From Isurus oxyrinchus (taxonomy: Eukaryota): 64,000 nt of DNA. The stretch lies in the NCBI GenBank assembly GCA_026770705.1, contig JANJGN010000026.1:29574001-29638000 (forward strand). The letters are read 5' to 3'. Each line of letters begins with the position of its first letter. The stretch's first letter is position 1. The notes beneath the pieces are model-generated. The model had not been told where the DNA came from, did not search any database, and saw only the letters and a list, made by a program, of their open reading frames with translations. The translations under genes were made by a program, and so were the position numbers. Below, in pieces: positions 60,736 to 64,000 of this stretch.

Positions 60736-63249
60736 TTAATGTGGGGGCATTTTGCCGTGATTTAACTGCTTAAAACAACCAGTGACCGTGGTGAAGGGAC
60801 TCGTCAGCACCTTCTTCAGCTCTTCCCGGAACTTGCTCTGGGCCACCGCGTAGATAAAGACGTTGTTGCACGAACTGATTAACTGGAGCATGTTGGCTGT
60901 CTCCTGGAGGATGTAATCTGAGTCATTGAAGTCCAGGCTGGTGAGATAGCCCTCGCCTGTGATCCGCACGTAGAGGAAATGTCCGAGATAGGTGGCCCAC
61001 AGGAGGAGGAAGCTGAGCGAGATGGCGAAAAGCAGGACAATGGACCTCTTGCGATTGACCATCTCCTGGTCTCCCTGAATCTCGGCGTCCCGGAGCCTCC
61101 TGCGGGCTCTGCTGGCCGCTAAGATGTACCTTACGGTCAGGGCGTTGAGCAGTAGAATGAGGAAGAAAGGGAGAAAGGGGGTTAAGAAGTGGTCCAGCCA
61201 CTCGAAGGCCTGCCAGATGAGCGAGGTGTAATAGATGGGCTTCATGCTGCAGAACCACGGTGCCCCATCTAGAATATACAAAGGCTGGTAATTGAGGTAG
61301 AAAGGGACGTTCCTGGCGCAGCTCAGGGCACAGACCAGTCCTATAACCAGCAACGCAGTTTTCTCAGTGCAGTATCTGGTCTTCAGGCTCTGACAGCAGA
61401 TGGCCACGAAACGGTCGATGGTGAAGGCAACCGTCAGCCAGACTGACACATCCCGCGTGGCACAGACCAGCACATTGCTGAGTGCGCATGCAGGAGTGCT
61501 GGACAGGACACTGCCCTGAAAGTAGATGCGGCCGATCCGGTTGAGGATAACAGCGGTGATGATGACCATGGAATCGCTTATTTCTACCGCCACCAGATAG
61601 CAGGTGATACACCGGGAGAGTCCGCACCGTCCTCGGCTTAAGATTACGATCCCCAGCAGGTTGGCTGTGAGAAATCAGGGGAGAGAGATGTTACTGAGCG
61701 GTCTCAAATCACTACTTCCTGGCTCATGCAAACAGTTACTGAATGCCCCCTCTTCCGCAACTCTGCCATCTCCAGATTCCAGCTGTTCCAAAGCCTTTGG
61801 TCAGTGTTCAGTATCCAATGCTGCACCAAACATTTGTGAACGCAGACGGCATTTCATTCGGTTCTTGCCACAAACTCTGCTCTCTGGCCACTGAGTCAAT
61901 CCCAAGGCCTCGCTATAAAACTTAAGATCATCCGAAACATGTACTGCCGATAGCTATAGTCAAAGCAATACCCGTGTTCCCATTAAGCCTATGCTCACTG
62001 ACATAGATTGGGTCTCAGACGGCAACATCGCGCTTTTAATAATGTCTCCCTTCCTGTTTTGAAATCCCTTCGCTTCCTCGCCTCTCCTAATCCCTCCAGC
62101 TACAACTATCTGAGACCTCAGCGCACGTCTGCTCTCTTTTATATCTCTGAAATTCACTGCTCCATGAGTAGCGGTTATGCCTGGAGTTTCTGAGGCCCTC
62201 ATCTCTTTAATTCCCGTCCGCAGCGGCTCCGCCTCTCATTCCTTCTTTAGGAAGTTTCTTATAACCAAAATCTTTGATCAAACTTTGGGTTAAATATCTC
62301 TTCCTGATGTTCGATATTAAATGTATTTGTTCAGGCTCCTGTGAAGCATCCCCACCATACGCACGGCAGTGACTGAAGAAACAAACGCAACTCCACCTTT
62401 CAAGTGAGAAATAAAGATGAGCGATAAACTTTGACCTTGCCAGTTACACCCACACACTGCGGATAATTAAAACATATTATTATTCGAAATGTGCAAAACC
62501 AGCCAGCACAAAACAAAATACATAATAGATTTGCAATTTCGAATCTCCACGAACCTCTTTCAAGCGTTTCTATAATTAATTGCTGAGACTACATTAACAA
62601 TCGGGACTGTCCAGTGGGAACTTGCTGTACAATAACTATTATATCCTTTCACAGGTCGAAAAGTGCATTTGTAAAATTACTGAATATACTTTTATATTGT
62701 AACTCATCTAATATAATGGTTTCGCTGTAATAATTAGTTTTCTGGTGCTGTAATACAATCTGTGCACGAAAATGCATGCTACAATACTATGATATGCTAT
62801 TATTCCGCACATTACTTAAAACTCTGGATTGGATCTGACTATACTAAAAGAAAATCCAGTGTTCAACAATATAACAATATGCAAAGCCATACATTATAGT
62901 TCATATTACAGCCATCCAGTAAACGGCATTCCTATAAATTTGCAGCATAATCAATTGAATAACACATTGTAATGCTGCACAATTCACCATAACGCAGTGT
63001 AATCGCATTTAAGGCAGATATATATGCACACACAAACACATATATGTAGGAACCCTGTTGAAGCCCTTGACACACTGATAACACAAAGTTGAAAAAAATC
63101 ACCGATCATGGAACGGGACAGACAAACTTTCTGGAGATTTACAAAAAACGTAAATAACTTATTTGGACCCATCACTTACCAGGGACACCAATAAGAGCGA
63201 GAATGGGATAGCAAATGGCAAAGAAGAGGCCTTTTGCTGGTCTGTACAT
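60736..63249 (-). CDS. Two-exon GPR139/GPR142-like class A GPCR (332 aa)
   Basis: Exon 1 63249-63180 MYRPAKGLFFAICYPILALIGVP G|GTAAGT. Exon 2 61664-60736 after tctcacag| reads ANLLGIVILSRGRCGLSRCITCYL...SVWLTVAFTIDRFVAIC...PFFLILLLN...NVFIYAVAQSKFR. The spliced frame is 999 nt and open. Confidence 0.9.
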
Positions 63250-63659
63250 CGTCTCTCAGAAAAGCAGGGAATTCTCAATGCTATGTACTTTAGTTCTGTG
63301 ACGCATTCAAAGAGTCCCTCATTTATTTCGAATAAGAGTCTCCAGAGGGACAATTAAGTTCTAACATGCACCTTAGTTACAGTTCAGTAAACAAACAGAC
63401 TAACTCATAATTTCATGCCTCCCATTTGCAACATTGGCAAGGTGGATCGTTCCATTATACACTTAGGTCAACTGCTGGCTGCAAATTCTGCTGTTGCCCC
63501 CTCTCCACAAACCATGCGCCTACCACAAGTTGAGCCGCTGATCGAAGATACAGACCTGGGTTTCTATCTCTAGCTAAAAAATGTTTCTTCCCATGTCTGC
63601 CACATTCGCAATTATGTTGTGCTTTTAGGTGGCAGATTATTTGGCAACGTTCTAATTGA

Positions 63660-63930
63660 GATCGGGGAGTCAATTCGACTAAGGAGTTGCAGACATTTAA
63701 GGAGCAGGGGAAGTCTTGCTGCATTTGTATATGGACTGCTTCAGTACCTGAGGGGTCGTGAATGTTGCTTGAGGCATTGGAAACTGAAAAGGCAATGGGC
63801 CCTGATAATATCCTGGCAATAGTACAGAGGATTTGTGCTCCAGAACTTGCTGCGCTCCCAGCTAAGCTGTTCCAGTGCAGCGACAACACTGACATCTACA
63901 TGGCGATATGGAAAATTGCCCTGTACGCAA
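63660..63930 (+). mobile_element. LINE RT N-terminal fragment
   Basis: ETEKAMGPDNILAIVQRICAPELAALPAKLFQCSDNTDIYMAIWKIA. Confidence 0.7.
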
Positions 63931-64000
63931 AAGACATTCGGCCGTATGCCTGGGCCCTCACTTCCCTCAGTACCGTCCTCAATTACTTGCTTACATTTTC

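Overview
Vertebrate genomic DNA, almost certainly a cartilaginous fish (shark), judging by the Ig mu sequence, the SINE/CR1/Penelope repeat set and the GPR139-like gene. It appears to be one end of a T-cell receptor alpha/delta-type V-segment array. About 20 V segments or remnants lie in both orientations, and every intact RSS has a 23-bp spacer. Three look fully functional (17.0-17.4 kb minus, 36.4-36.9 kb plus, 42.2-42.8 kb plus). At the left end is an orphan, damaged IgM heavy-chain block (Cmu2-Cmu3-Cmu4 plus secretory tail, minus strand) with no VH, D, JH or Cmu1 recognisable upstream. An antisense GPCR pseudogene sits where Cmu1 would be expected. An intact two-exon GPR139/142-like gene closes the right end. 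Most notable: (i) CTCF-type motifs just 3' of RSSs and in V promoters, (ii) an intronless leader-V family preceded by a variable-copy, AGCT-rich 59-61-bp minisatellite, (iii) a V domain almost lacking CDR2, and (iv) a young Penelope-like element with a minimal hammerhead motif that has hit both a V exon and the IgM secretory tailpiece. All calls were made by eye; no database searches were run.
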